A stretch of DNA of 64,000 bases. It comes from Eledone cirrhosa (lineage: Eukaryota). The notes under the pieces were generated by a model, which had not been told where the DNA came from, made no database searches, and saw nothing but the letters and a program-made list of their open reading frames with translations. Position numbers and translations under genes: made by a program. The stretch is taken from positions 13,826,001 through 13,890,000 of the forward strand of contig OZ024745.1 of NCBI GenBank assembly GCA_964016885.1. Reading direction: 5' to 3'. Positions 57,501 to 64,000 of this stretch are shown here, piece after piece. Each line of letters opens with the position of its first letter. Within the stretch, counting starts at the first letter, position 1.

Positions 57501-60500
57501 CAAGATGTCACACAGTATGGCTGAATCTAGGTCTTCATTTCCTCATACTTGCTTCCATTTTGTGTGTGTAAGTATGTGTGTATGTGTTTACATATACTCA
57601 AACACACACCATCACACTGAAACTTTGTTTTGTTTTGTTTTCTCTACAGGTTCTATAGGATCTCTTGAAGGCAGTGATGAAAGTTTTCATTCAACTTCTA
57701 GCGTCCAGTCCTTTCCTTGGTAGGTTGGTTTTATTAAATCTGAAATAGTGAAGATGTAATGAAGTGTTGTCAGAGGACAATATGGAAATTTTAGTTTGAA
57801 ATTATTAGTATTTCTTCTTCCTCGCCTACTATTTTCCTGGTAGGGATATTGGGGCAGAGTCCTCAAACACTCCTTCCAGCAGGTCCTGTCAGAAGCAACC
57901 GTCTCCAATCGATCCAGCTGGACCCCCAAGGAAGAGCAGCTGAGCTCATGGATGTTATCCAACCATCTTGTTTGAGGTCTACCTCTGGGTCTCCAGCCAG
58001 CTGGTTTTGCTTGTAAAATTTGTCCAATGATTCTTTCCTGAAACATTCTAACCACATGCCCATAGTTTCGGAGCTGTGATCTTTCAATTAGGAGAAGTAG
58101 AGACTCTACCTGGAGTGACTCTCTGATCTCCAAGTTACGCACTTTATCAAGTATTTATAATGGAAAATCACTTTTGAATTTTGATTTCTGTTTTAGTGGA
58201 AGCTCCAAATCAAACTCCAGTAAAAGGTCTTTCATGTTACTGGCTGATGTTATAAATTCTAAAAAACATCTTTTACAAGGTGAGTCCCTAATCTTTGCTT
58301 TTGTTTGTTTAAATATTTGAATTACAAAATGTTCAATATATGCTACAAGTTAATTTGAAGGTAAAATTATTGATGAAAAAACTGTAGTTTGATCATTATC
58401 ATCATCTGTCCACTTCCTAAAAAAGTATAGAACAGACTGCTCGCCTATATATGTCAGGGGTACCATCTCTCACTCATACATTCCAATGTTTGGCATGGTT
58501 TCTACAAATGGATGACCTTCCAAACACCAGCCACTTTACAGACTGTATTGGGGGTGAATTTTATTGACACCATCACTAGAGGTTGTCATGTCCTTGACAA
58601 GACTTAAATATTCTCTCTACTCTATGGTGTCTCCATTCAATTGTGAACTACCTTACAGAGTGTATTGGGTGCACTTTATCATGGTGCCAACACTAGAGGT
58701 TGCCTTTCCCTTACATAGCAAAATAGCCACCCTCATTCTACATCACCTCTGTTTCTTCAAAGAAAAAGTGACCATATTTTAATTAATCTTCTTAGTTCTG
58801 TTTTACTAGCTCTTCCATAGATTCAGATATAAGAACCAGTTAGTCAGCATACAGAAGTTCTCAAGGACAACCAGTCTTAAATTCTTCTGTTATGGCCTGG
58901 AACTGAACTGAACCCTAGGCAGCCAGTCTTAAACTCTTTAACTCTGTTAAACTGTGGAGGACTATAAATAAACAGGAATAGGCTGAAACTGAGCCCTGAA
59001 GAACACCTACCTGCACATTGAATTCCTTATTAAACTCTTTACCTACTCTCACCTTACTAACAACTCCTCAGCACATGGCTTGTACTGATCTTACAAGCCA
59101 TTCTACATTTAGTTTCCTTAAGGACCAGATTACATATTGTGGTACGCTGTCAAAAGCCTTCTCCAGATCAACAAAAGCTAGATGTGGTGGCTTACACTTA
59201 GCCAGGAACTTCTGTAGTTGACTCACTAAGAAGAGGGCATATGTGGTGCTCCTCTCTAGCACAAAACCAAACTGAAATAATTATGTAATAACTGTTTCTA
59301 CTTTTGGCACAAGGCCAGCAATTAGCCCAGTGTATTACTAGTACTTTATTTTATCGACCCCGTAAGGATGAAAGGCAAAGTTAACCTCGGCAGGATTTGA
59401 ACTCAGAATGCGTCAAAGCATGGCGTCCAACGCTCTACCAATACTGCCAATCCAGTACCCAGCAATAATTATGTAATAATGGTTTCTAATTTAGGCACAA
59501 GGCCAACAATTTTGGGGGGAAGGGAAAGTCGATTAAATTGACCCCAGTGAATTACTGGTACTTTATTTTATCGACCCTATAGGGATGAAAGGCAAAGCTA
59601 ACTAACCTTGGTGAGATTTGAACTCAGAATATAAAGGGCCATAACTATAAAAATGTTGATCATGATGATGATAATGAACTTTGTGGAATATATACCTTCA
59701 TTTTCAAAGTATCTTTTTTTTTTTTTTCAGCCAAAAATTTAATAAATTTTCTTAGTCAGTATGAAAATATCAATAATTTGGTAGCCAGTCTTTTGTCAGG
59801 CCGTACAGTTGCCGTGGTGGGATCATGTAATAGTGAGGAGAAGGTGAAGGGTATAGTTGAAGCACTGTCTCTCTTTGTTCCTGGAAACTTTATGTGAGTA
59901 TGAACACCTTTGACACAGACACATCACTTTTCTTCCTATTTCAACATTTTGACATATTTATTGATAACAACTATGGAAACTTCCACCGTTCTTGGGCCCT
60001 TGAACCACATCCCTGCTACCTGCTGGTACAAGCCCCATGAGGTGGATTGGGTCTCCCTTGCCATCCTCTGGGGCAATGTCTTCTCCATCCTGTTGGCTGG
60101 GACCATGAGGTGGAGTGGCTGTTCCAGCACATCTCCCTTGCCATCCTCTGGAGCATTGTCTTCTCCATTTTGTTGGCTGGGACCTCAAGGCAGACCGACC
60201 CTTAAGTCCATTTATGATGGTGGCCTGTGGAATAGATTTATTTCCATAAGAAATGAGCAGGTAAAGAAGTCAATAAACACTTTGTTATTCATTATTCTAT
60301 ATCACATTAAATGGCGTGATAAATTAAAAACCTTTAATAGCCATTTGGTTTCTGCAGTTAGTTTCAGCAGTCACCAAGACACCTTTTCCAAATATCTTTT
60401 AGATACCAATAAAAATTATAATAATATTTAAATGAAACAAAAAAAAAAGGTAAAAGAAAAAAGAGAATTAAGCAAGATTGAAAAAGATGAAGAGCTTGAC

Positions 60501-62800
60501 TCATGTTTCAGGTTACTGTTGGAACCATCATCAGAAACTGTCTATATTCCTCACTATCCACATAGAAACATGCAATTAAATACTTTACATAAAGCCCATC
60601 AAAAGTGGCAATAGCAACATATCTTCTTTGAAGAAGTAAAGCAATTGTAAAAATAGGAACATTATATGGATTTTTGAATAAAGTAGTATTGTTAATATGT
60701 GGCGGTGCATGGCCCAGTGGTAAGGGTGTTGGACTTATGATCATAATGTCATGGGTTTGATTCCTGGACTGGGTTGTGTGTTCTTGAGCAAACCATTTCA
60801 TTTTGTGTTACTCCAGTACACTCAGCTAAAAATGAGTACCAGCAATAGCTGAGGGTTTAACCCTGGCATCCTGTCCAGAGGGGGCATCTTGTACTCTCAG
60901 TCACTTCATGCCATGACAACTGGAATAAACACCATCCTGATGAGCCTCCTGGCTTGAGACAGACTTTAGTTAATATGACTGAGAAGTTCCAGAAAGCTGG
61001 TACAATGCAGTAGAAATATATAAAGGGCAAAGGATGACAAATAAAATAAAACAAAATAATGTTTTAGCCAGTATATTTCAACATGATATTTCAGGGCTAT
61101 TATCCTCTCTTCAAACGTGAAACAGAAACAGTTCAAAACAAAAATTAATGATTATGTTGAAACATACTGGGTAAAATATTACCTTGTTCTGTTTTATTTG
61201 TCATCCTTTGCCCTTTATATGTTTTTATCACATTCTACTGGCTTTCTGAAACTTAGTTATTTTCTAATAATTTTAATAAACTTTTCAGCTGAGATAAAAA
61301 TGATATATTTCTCGTATTTGTTTCTATTCATCAGAAATCACAAGAAAGTAGTCATACCTTGGCTGAAAAGACAGTTGCAGTTAAAAGATCTAACTAGTTT
61401 TCAGTTAGTTGGTCTTTCAAAAAGAAAAAATAATACAATACCACGTTCTATCATGGTGAGTAATTTATTTACCATATTGTAAGAAGTGTTTGTATATCTT
61501 ATTATGTATTCCAGCCAAGGCGCCATGCTGTTAACTTTCTCAGAAGAAGGCCTTTATCCATAAAATAGGGAAATATAGACTGGTTAACCCTTTTGATATC
61601 AAACTGCCTGAAATTGCCTCTGATTTCTGTGATGCAAAACTTGCTGGAGACAAAAACAATCTCTCTATAAGGGTAGGCTGAAAAGTTCATAGGCTAACTA
61701 TGAAGGAGTGATATTAGTGCTGTGAAATTTTGCTTGCATTAATTTCAACTCATCTTATTAATAGCTGCATTGTTTCTTTCCAGGGAGTATGTTAAAAACA
61801 ATAATCCTCATTTTATCATTCCATCTTGGTCAGCCTATGAACTTTTCAGCTGACCCTTGTAAAATGCCTTCAGCATAGCAACAATGTAGAGTAGAGAAGA
61901 CTGTTTAATTATGCCATGGACATGACAACCCTTTCATGTGTTGGTTCCACAAAATATACCCAGTATATTCTGTAAAGTGGTTGGCATTAAGAAAAGCATA
62001 CAGCTGTAGAAAACATGCCAAATATGGAACAAACCCATCTAAGAGAGCAATAACTCTGAAGGTATCCAGTCTAAGGATAATTTTCTGTCACCATTCACAA
62101 AGACCATGAAGAGGTTTTATAGACATCACCCCTCTTCTTCTGACTCTCATTAAAAATAATATTTGTTTCTGATTTAGACACAAGGTCAACAATTTGTTTC
62201 TGATTTAGACACAAGGTCAACAATTTGTATCTGATTTAGACACAAGGTCAACAATTTGTTTCTGATTTAGACACAAGGTCAACAATTTTTTGTGGGGTTG
62301 GGGTGGTGGGGTCTTTACTGATACTTTATTTTATCGACTCCGTAAGGATAAAAAGCAAAGCTAATGTCGCATGGGATTTGAACTCAGAATATAAAGGGAC
62401 ACAACACTATGCCAGAAAGTATGTTGTCTGCTACTCTACCTATTCTGCCATTCCAATAATAAGAGAAGAATTATTTTATTATTTTTGAAACTTTATTGTG
62501 AAAATGTATTTTCTTTTCCTTATTTTCAGAATTATGTTAGTATTTTGGACCTAGAAAAACGTGTTGTGTGTGCACCTGTTTATGAGGTAATGTGCTACAT
62601 TATTTATCTGTATTTACAACTTTATTGAAGGAGGACCCTTCAGTTGTGTCAAGGACATGACAACCTCCCTACTGTTCATGATCTACACAATAAACACACC
62701 CACTACATGCTGTAAAGGGGTTGCTGTTAAGAAGGGCATCCAACCATAGAAAGCTTGTCAATCTTAAATCTTCTACCTTATCTTAACTTCTTTGCCTTAC

Positions 62801-62837
<37 letters not shown>

Positions 62838-63837
62838 TATCATTATCATCATCTTCATCATCATTATCATCATCATCATTTTACATCTACTTTCAATGCT
62901 GGCATGAGTTGGTTATTAAGAGTTACATCCTTCTGGAATGGATTAGAAGAAGTACATCTCGCTTGTATGTCCCATTTTTGGCATGGTTTCTATAGCTCGA
63001 TACCCTTTCTAACACCAACCACTTTACAGAGTGTACTAGATGCATTGTATCATGGCACCCGCACTAGGGGGGGGGGGTCATGTCCTGGGCAGGACTGAAG
63101 AGTCCTCTCAAGGCTTGACATTTCTCCCTGTTTTAAATACTTCACCTTACTCTCTAACTAAACCTTCTTCATTTTATATCTTAATTCCTCCCCTTCGTTC
63201 TCTATATTAACTCCTCCCACCTTATTCTCTATCTTAACTCCTCCTTCCTTATTCTCTATCTTAACTCCTCCTTCCTTATTCTCTATCTTAACTCCTCCTT
63301 CCTTATTCTCTATCTTAACTCCTCCTTCCTTATTCTCTATCTTAACTCCTTCTCCTTACTCCCATTATTAACTCCCCCTCTTTATTCTCTATATTAACTC
63401 TCCCTACACACTCTCCCCTGACTCCTCCTCTTTATTCTATAGCCCCTCCTCTGTCTTTAGTTCTATTTTACATAGTTTTTACTCTGCTTCACATTGAAAT
63501 GTTTCTAATAATTGTTTCTACTTTTGGCACAAGGCCAGCAATTACCCAGTGCATTACTGGTACTTTATTTTATCGACCCCATAAGGATGAAAGGCAAAGT
63601 TAACTTTAGCGGGATTTGAACTCAGATCATAAAGGGGCGTAACTCTGTGCTGCAAAGCATAGCGTCTGACCCTCTACCGATACTGCCAATCCAACGCCCA
63701 AATGTTTCTAATAATATGACTGAGAGATAAAGTCTATATTTTTGTTCTATTCTCCAGGGTAAAATAGTGAATTCTTTGCTCCGACAGTTACAGCTTTTCC
63801 AGAACAATCCTGCTGCTTATCTTGCCTACATACACAG
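10036..63837 (+). CDS. SMCR8: SMCR8 homolog (longin/DENN protein, C9orf72-WDR41 complex), 21 coding exons, 3' end outside window
   Basis: Manually spliced GT-AG exons with consistent phases give 2546 nt of open frame. Peptides DFVMVTEFSELEGPKPL, FDINAFAVKIMSVDHQ, LYDLQARGYVRPFCMAYVS, SLLSGRTVAVVG, ALSLFVP and YVSILDLEKRVVCAPVY match, in order, SMCR8 motifs as I recall them (LYDLEARGFVRPFCMAYIS, SLLSGRTLVVLG, YTSILDLD). Confidence 0.93.
10284..10504. mobile_element. MITE with aaccctttagcattt / aaatgctaaagagtt termini
   Basis: Terminal inverted repeats; second copy in the opposite orientation at about 50182-50394. Confidence 0.7.
10662..10895. repeat. 234-bp spacerless near-perfect palindrome
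   Basis: Centre aaatg|cattt at 10778/10779; arms have only a few mismatches. Confidence 0.93.
11347..11435 (+). CDS. SMCR8: SMCR8 exon 2 (FVQPSEGIGPFDINAFAVKIMSVDHQPPK)
   Basis: ttctag acceptor, gtaact donor, phase 0 to 2. Confidence 0.9.
11506..11714 (+). mobile_element. tRNA-derived SINE (gcctttcatcc...gtcgataaaataaagtaccag core); about 10 copies in the window
   Basis: A-box/B-box-like head (tggcagaatcggtagag; g(t)ttcaaatcc). Relatives at about 30440, 33805, 34050 (+) and 22870, 35858, 59290, 59480, 62270, 63508 (-). Confidence 0.8.
12566..21417. repeat. 62-bp satellite, about 143 copies, derived from an RTE 3'-UTR segment
   Basis: Unit gcttggtttctatggctggatgcccttcctaacaccaactacatttacagtgtgtactggga; continuous with the element tail at 12451-12565. 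Confidence 0.98.
21465..21998. repeat. 24-bp AT-rich minisatellite
   Basis: Unit tattagttatagtatattttaa(c/t)a. Confidence 0.92.
22034..22112 (+). CDS. SMCR8: SMCR8 exon 3 (ILCNNFTLMEDKQVLFSDIAEGVSAY)
   Basis: ttctag / gtgagt, phase 2 to 0. Confidence 0.9.
24438..24520 (+). CDS. SMCR8: SMCR8 exon 4 (VYHFLLYDLQARGYVRPFCMAYVSPDS)
   Basis: tttcag / gtaagt, phase 0 to 2; contains the signature motif. Confidence 0.95.
25362..28568. repeat. 36-bp satellite, about 89 copies
   Basis: Unit aaatggtacagttggttcaaagatctgtagctcagt. Confidence 0.98.
28729..28774 (+). CDS. SMCR8: SMCR8 exon 5 (KLITFYKEIHKAFSK)
   Basis: tttcag / gtaagt, phase 2 to 0. Confidence 0.88.
29712..29928. repeat. Inverted repeat (about 78-bp arms, 60-bp spacer), MITE-like
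   Basis: atgcaactggagtctttttaagaatatttatttgttccttttaccg and its reverse complement. Confidence 0.88.
29957..30041 (+). CDS. SMCR8: SMCR8 exon 6 (ISSDLKMGNLKLFALEMSHQLQDLEYSL)
   Basis: tttaag / gtaagt, phase 0 to 1. Confidence 0.88.
30761..30912 (+). CDS. SMCR8: SMCR8 exon 7 (YLNQKSDD...LEALEEYK)
   Basis: tttcag / gtaaat, phase 1 to 0. Confidence 0.85.
30946..31347 (-). mobile_element. RTE 3'-tail element ending in four copies of a 48-bp repeat
   Basis: Same tail as 8437 and 12451; repeat at 31146-31347. Confidence 0.8.
32198..32780 (+). CDS. SMCR8: SMCR8 exon 8, long Ser/Asn-rich low-complexity segment
   Basis: ttccag / gtaagt, phase 0 to 1; in frame with ORF 32243-32800. Confidence 0.85.
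34595..34653 (+). CDS. SMCR8: SMCR8 exon 9 (QKSERIGQLLITDYPSNYK)
   Basis: taacag / gtaagt, phase 1 to 0. Confidence 0.8.
35171..35559. repeat. 46-48-bp minisatellite, about 8 copies, RTE-tail derived
   Basis: Unit cactaccacttcacagagtgtactgggcatattttattgtggcaccag. Confidence 0.9.
36449..36562 (+). CDS. SMCR8: SMCR8 exon 10 (PKLYKPPSRKRFEFMLRKLELMC...LIYQ)
   Basis: acgcag / gtaggt, phase 0 to 0. Confidence 0.88.
37300..37803 (+). mobile_element. RTE 3'-UTR copy with a triplicated 112-bp segment and (GAT)n tail
   Basis: Near-identical to 46760-47037; ggccgtgtagg at 37371, 37483 and 37595. Confidence 0.88.
38873..38930 (+). CDS. SMCR8: SMCR8 exon 11 (YYSQDLAILKMHQWEKNLT)
   Basis: ttccag / gtaaat, phase 0 to 1; needed to bridge the flanking phases. 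Confidence 0.8.
39885..42264 (-). mobile_element. Penelope-like element 1 (Naiad-like), left arm: partial RT, GIY-YIG endonuclease, 3' UTR/pLTR
   Basis: FDIDEYYSSI, FDITMGSNDSAE, GIYRDDGL, VNFLDVTLNL, IWYNP, CNC linker, IVYQCTV...YYIGST, CRLCNLE. Confidence 0.93.
40079..40190 (-). ncRNA. Minimal type I hammerhead ribozyme motif (PLE1 left arm)
   Basis: UGCU CUGAGGA UACAGUGGU...ACCACUGUG GAAAC auuu GUA AGCA; stems I, II and III are complementary. Confidence 0.72.
42266..44290 (+). mobile_element. Penelope-like element 1, right arm (inverted copy)
   Basis: ORFs 42373-42759 and 43237-43632 mirror 41551-42282 and 40681-41073. Confidence 0.93.
44123..44234 (+). ncRNA. Minimal type I hammerhead ribozyme motif (PLE1 right arm, sense to SMCR8)
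   Basis: TGCT CTGAGGA AACAGTGGT...ACCACTGTG GAAAC attt GTA AGCA. Confidence 0.68.
44709..44775 (+). CDS. SMCR8: SMCR8 exon 12 (PTSSLLTFGGCVTSNFLHGMH)
   Basis: tcttag / gtaaga, phase 1 to 2. Confidence 0.82.
44875..45170. repeat. About 36-bp minisatellite
   Basis: Unit cacctgtagataaggtatatacttgtgtataagtca. Confidence 0.85.
45558..47037 (+). mobile_element. 5'-truncated RTE LINE with PHD finger, inserted in a tatagtacttatacatgaa minisatellite
   Basis: VGVHQGSVLSPLLF, LLYADDL, ORF 45713-46636, (GAT)n tail; the same minisatellite is on both sides. Confidence 0.93.
47152..47290 (+). mobile_element. tRNA-head SINE with CORE-like segment
   Basis: tggctgagtggttagag...gagttcgattcc followed by gtccttgagcaagacactttatttcac. 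Confidence 0.75.
47542..47635 (+). CDS. SMCR8: SMCR8 exon 13 (CYCEKERGIAKHRLI...EDQPVQ)
   Basis: ttccag / gtaagt, phase 2 to 0. Confidence 0.8.
50742..51100 (+). mobile_element. Non-autonomous Helitron
   Basis: A|TC start, subterminal hairpin cccgagcaacgccggg, CTAG|T end. Confidence 0.72.
51133..52616 (-). mobile_element. Penelope-like element 2 (Neptune/Nematis-type Cys linker), left arm: RT thumb, GIY-YIG, 3' UTR
   Basis: ALPNNAKRGYVLNELTRI, LRSNGYP, CSLSNCP..C..YVVYKIQCDKCNKFYIGSTIRPLHVRIKEH, EALVIKNLRPPLN. Confidence 0.92.
52617..53912 (+). mobile_element. Penelope-like element 2, right arm (inverted copy)
   Basis: 52617-53873 is the reverse complement of 51133-52399; ORF 52694-53092. 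Confidence 0.92.
53686..53718 (+). ncRNA. Atypical minimal hammerhead-like motif (mirror copy at 51288-51320, minus strand)
   Basis: CC CCGTTGA T GGGC GTGA GCCC GAAA TA TT GGG; core deviates from CUGANGA at two positions. Confidence 0.4.
54252..54421 (+). CDS. SMCR8: SMCR8 exon 14 (KEIVNKVSSLPDRY...DISIET)
   Basis: atctag (NAGNAG with the following aag) / gtaatt, phase 0 to 2. Confidence 0.75.
54650..55005. repeat. 46-48-bp minisatellite within an RTE-tail element
   Basis: Unit ccactttacagagtgtacagggtgtatgttactgtggcaccaatacta; follows a (CAT)n tail at about 54498. Confidence 0.88.
55358..56073 (-). mobile_element. Probable solo LTR
   Basis: Flanked by a TATGT direct repeat; imperfect inverted ends ttaacgaa / ttcgctaca; TATA-like motif; interrupts a GT/AT-rich tract. 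Confidence 0.45.
56321..56421 (+). CDS. SMCR8: SMCR8 exon 15 (YESTSLYSTCSEHSDEMLC...APD)
   Basis: ttgtag / gtagaa, phase 2 to 1; bridges the flanking phases. Confidence 0.72.
57650..57719 (+). CDS. SMCR8: SMCR8 exon 16 (SIGSLEGSDESFHSTSSVQSFP)
   Basis: ctacag / gtaggt, phase 1 to 2. Confidence 0.78.
57811..58150 (-). mobile_element. RTE LINE 3' fragment (same family as 5250-5935 and 48625-48840)
   Basis: QLRNYGHVVRM...RPRGRPQTRWLD...DRTCW. Confidence 0.88.
58197..58279 (+). CDS. SMCR8: SMCR8 exon 17 (GSSKSNSSKRSFMLLADVINSKKHLLQ)
   Basis: ttttag / gtgagt, phase 2 to 1. Confidence 0.8.
58800..59275 (-). mobile_element. Degenerate RTE RT fragment
   Basis: HLAFVDLEKAFDSVP plus decayed QGS and LLYAD motifs. 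Confidence 0.8.
59731..59893 (+). CDS. SMCR8: SMCR8 exon 18 (KNLINFLSQY...SLLSGRTVAVVG...ALSLFVPGNF)
   Basis: poly-T cag / gtgagt, phase 1 to 2; cDENN motif. Confidence 0.92.
60699..60968 (+). mobile_element. tRNA-derived SINE with CORE-like domain (relative at about 31745-31985, minus strand)
   Basis: tggcccagtggtaagg...ggtttgattcc, gttcttgagcaa, tail cctgatgagcctcctggc. Confidence 0.75.
61335..61455 (+). CDS. SMCR8: SMCR8 exon 19 (NHKKVVIPW...FQLVGLSK...RSIM)
   Basis: catcag / gtgagt, phase 2 to 0. Confidence 0.9.
61668..61859. mobile_element. Mariner-like MITE
   Basis: TIRs aagggtaggctgaaaagttcataggct / agcctatgaacttttcagctgaccctt, TA on both sides. Confidence 0.8.
62530..62586 (+). CDS. 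SMCR8: SMCR8 exon 20 (NYVSILDLEKRVVCAPVYE)
   Basis: tttcag / gtaatg, phase 0 to 0. Confidence 0.9.
63758..63837 (+). CDS. SMCR8: SMCR8 exon 21 (GKIVNSLLRQLQLFQNNPAAYLAYIH)
   Basis: ctccag / gtactg, phase 0 to 2. Confidence 0.82.
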
Positions 63838-64000
63838 GTACTGATCATAGCTTTTCTCTGACTTTTCTGGGGGTGGGAGGTTTGTTTTATTTCTATATTC
63901 CTGCTGCCTACCATGACGACATGAAGGGTGTTTTTAGTTAACATTTGTACAGTGGGACAACATTTGACCCTGTATAGTGGGACAATATATTTGACCCTGT

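Noticed and set aside
60936-60965. Hammerhead at ctgatgagcctcctggc
   Set aside because: Lacks GAAA and stem III; part of a SINE tail.

Overview
AT-rich, microsatellite-laden animal genomic DNA; the repeat families suggest an octopus-like cephalopod (inference). The window is dominated by one + strand gene, SMCR8 (DENN-type partner of C9orf72). I could splice it by hand into 21 phase-consistent GT-AG coding exons (10036-63837, about 848 codons, continuing past the window end). The introns hold three large satellites (86, 62 and 36 bp units), RTE LINE fragments (one family with a PHD finger inside the RT), tRNA-derived SINEs, MITEs, a non-autonomous Helitron and a probable solo LTR. The most striking feature is two unrelated Penelope-like elements, each inserted as a head-to-head inverted pair of 5'-truncated copies whose 3' ends run outward into (TA)n. 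Each arm carries a minimal hammerhead-ribozyme-like motif. All assignments are by eye, with no database search.
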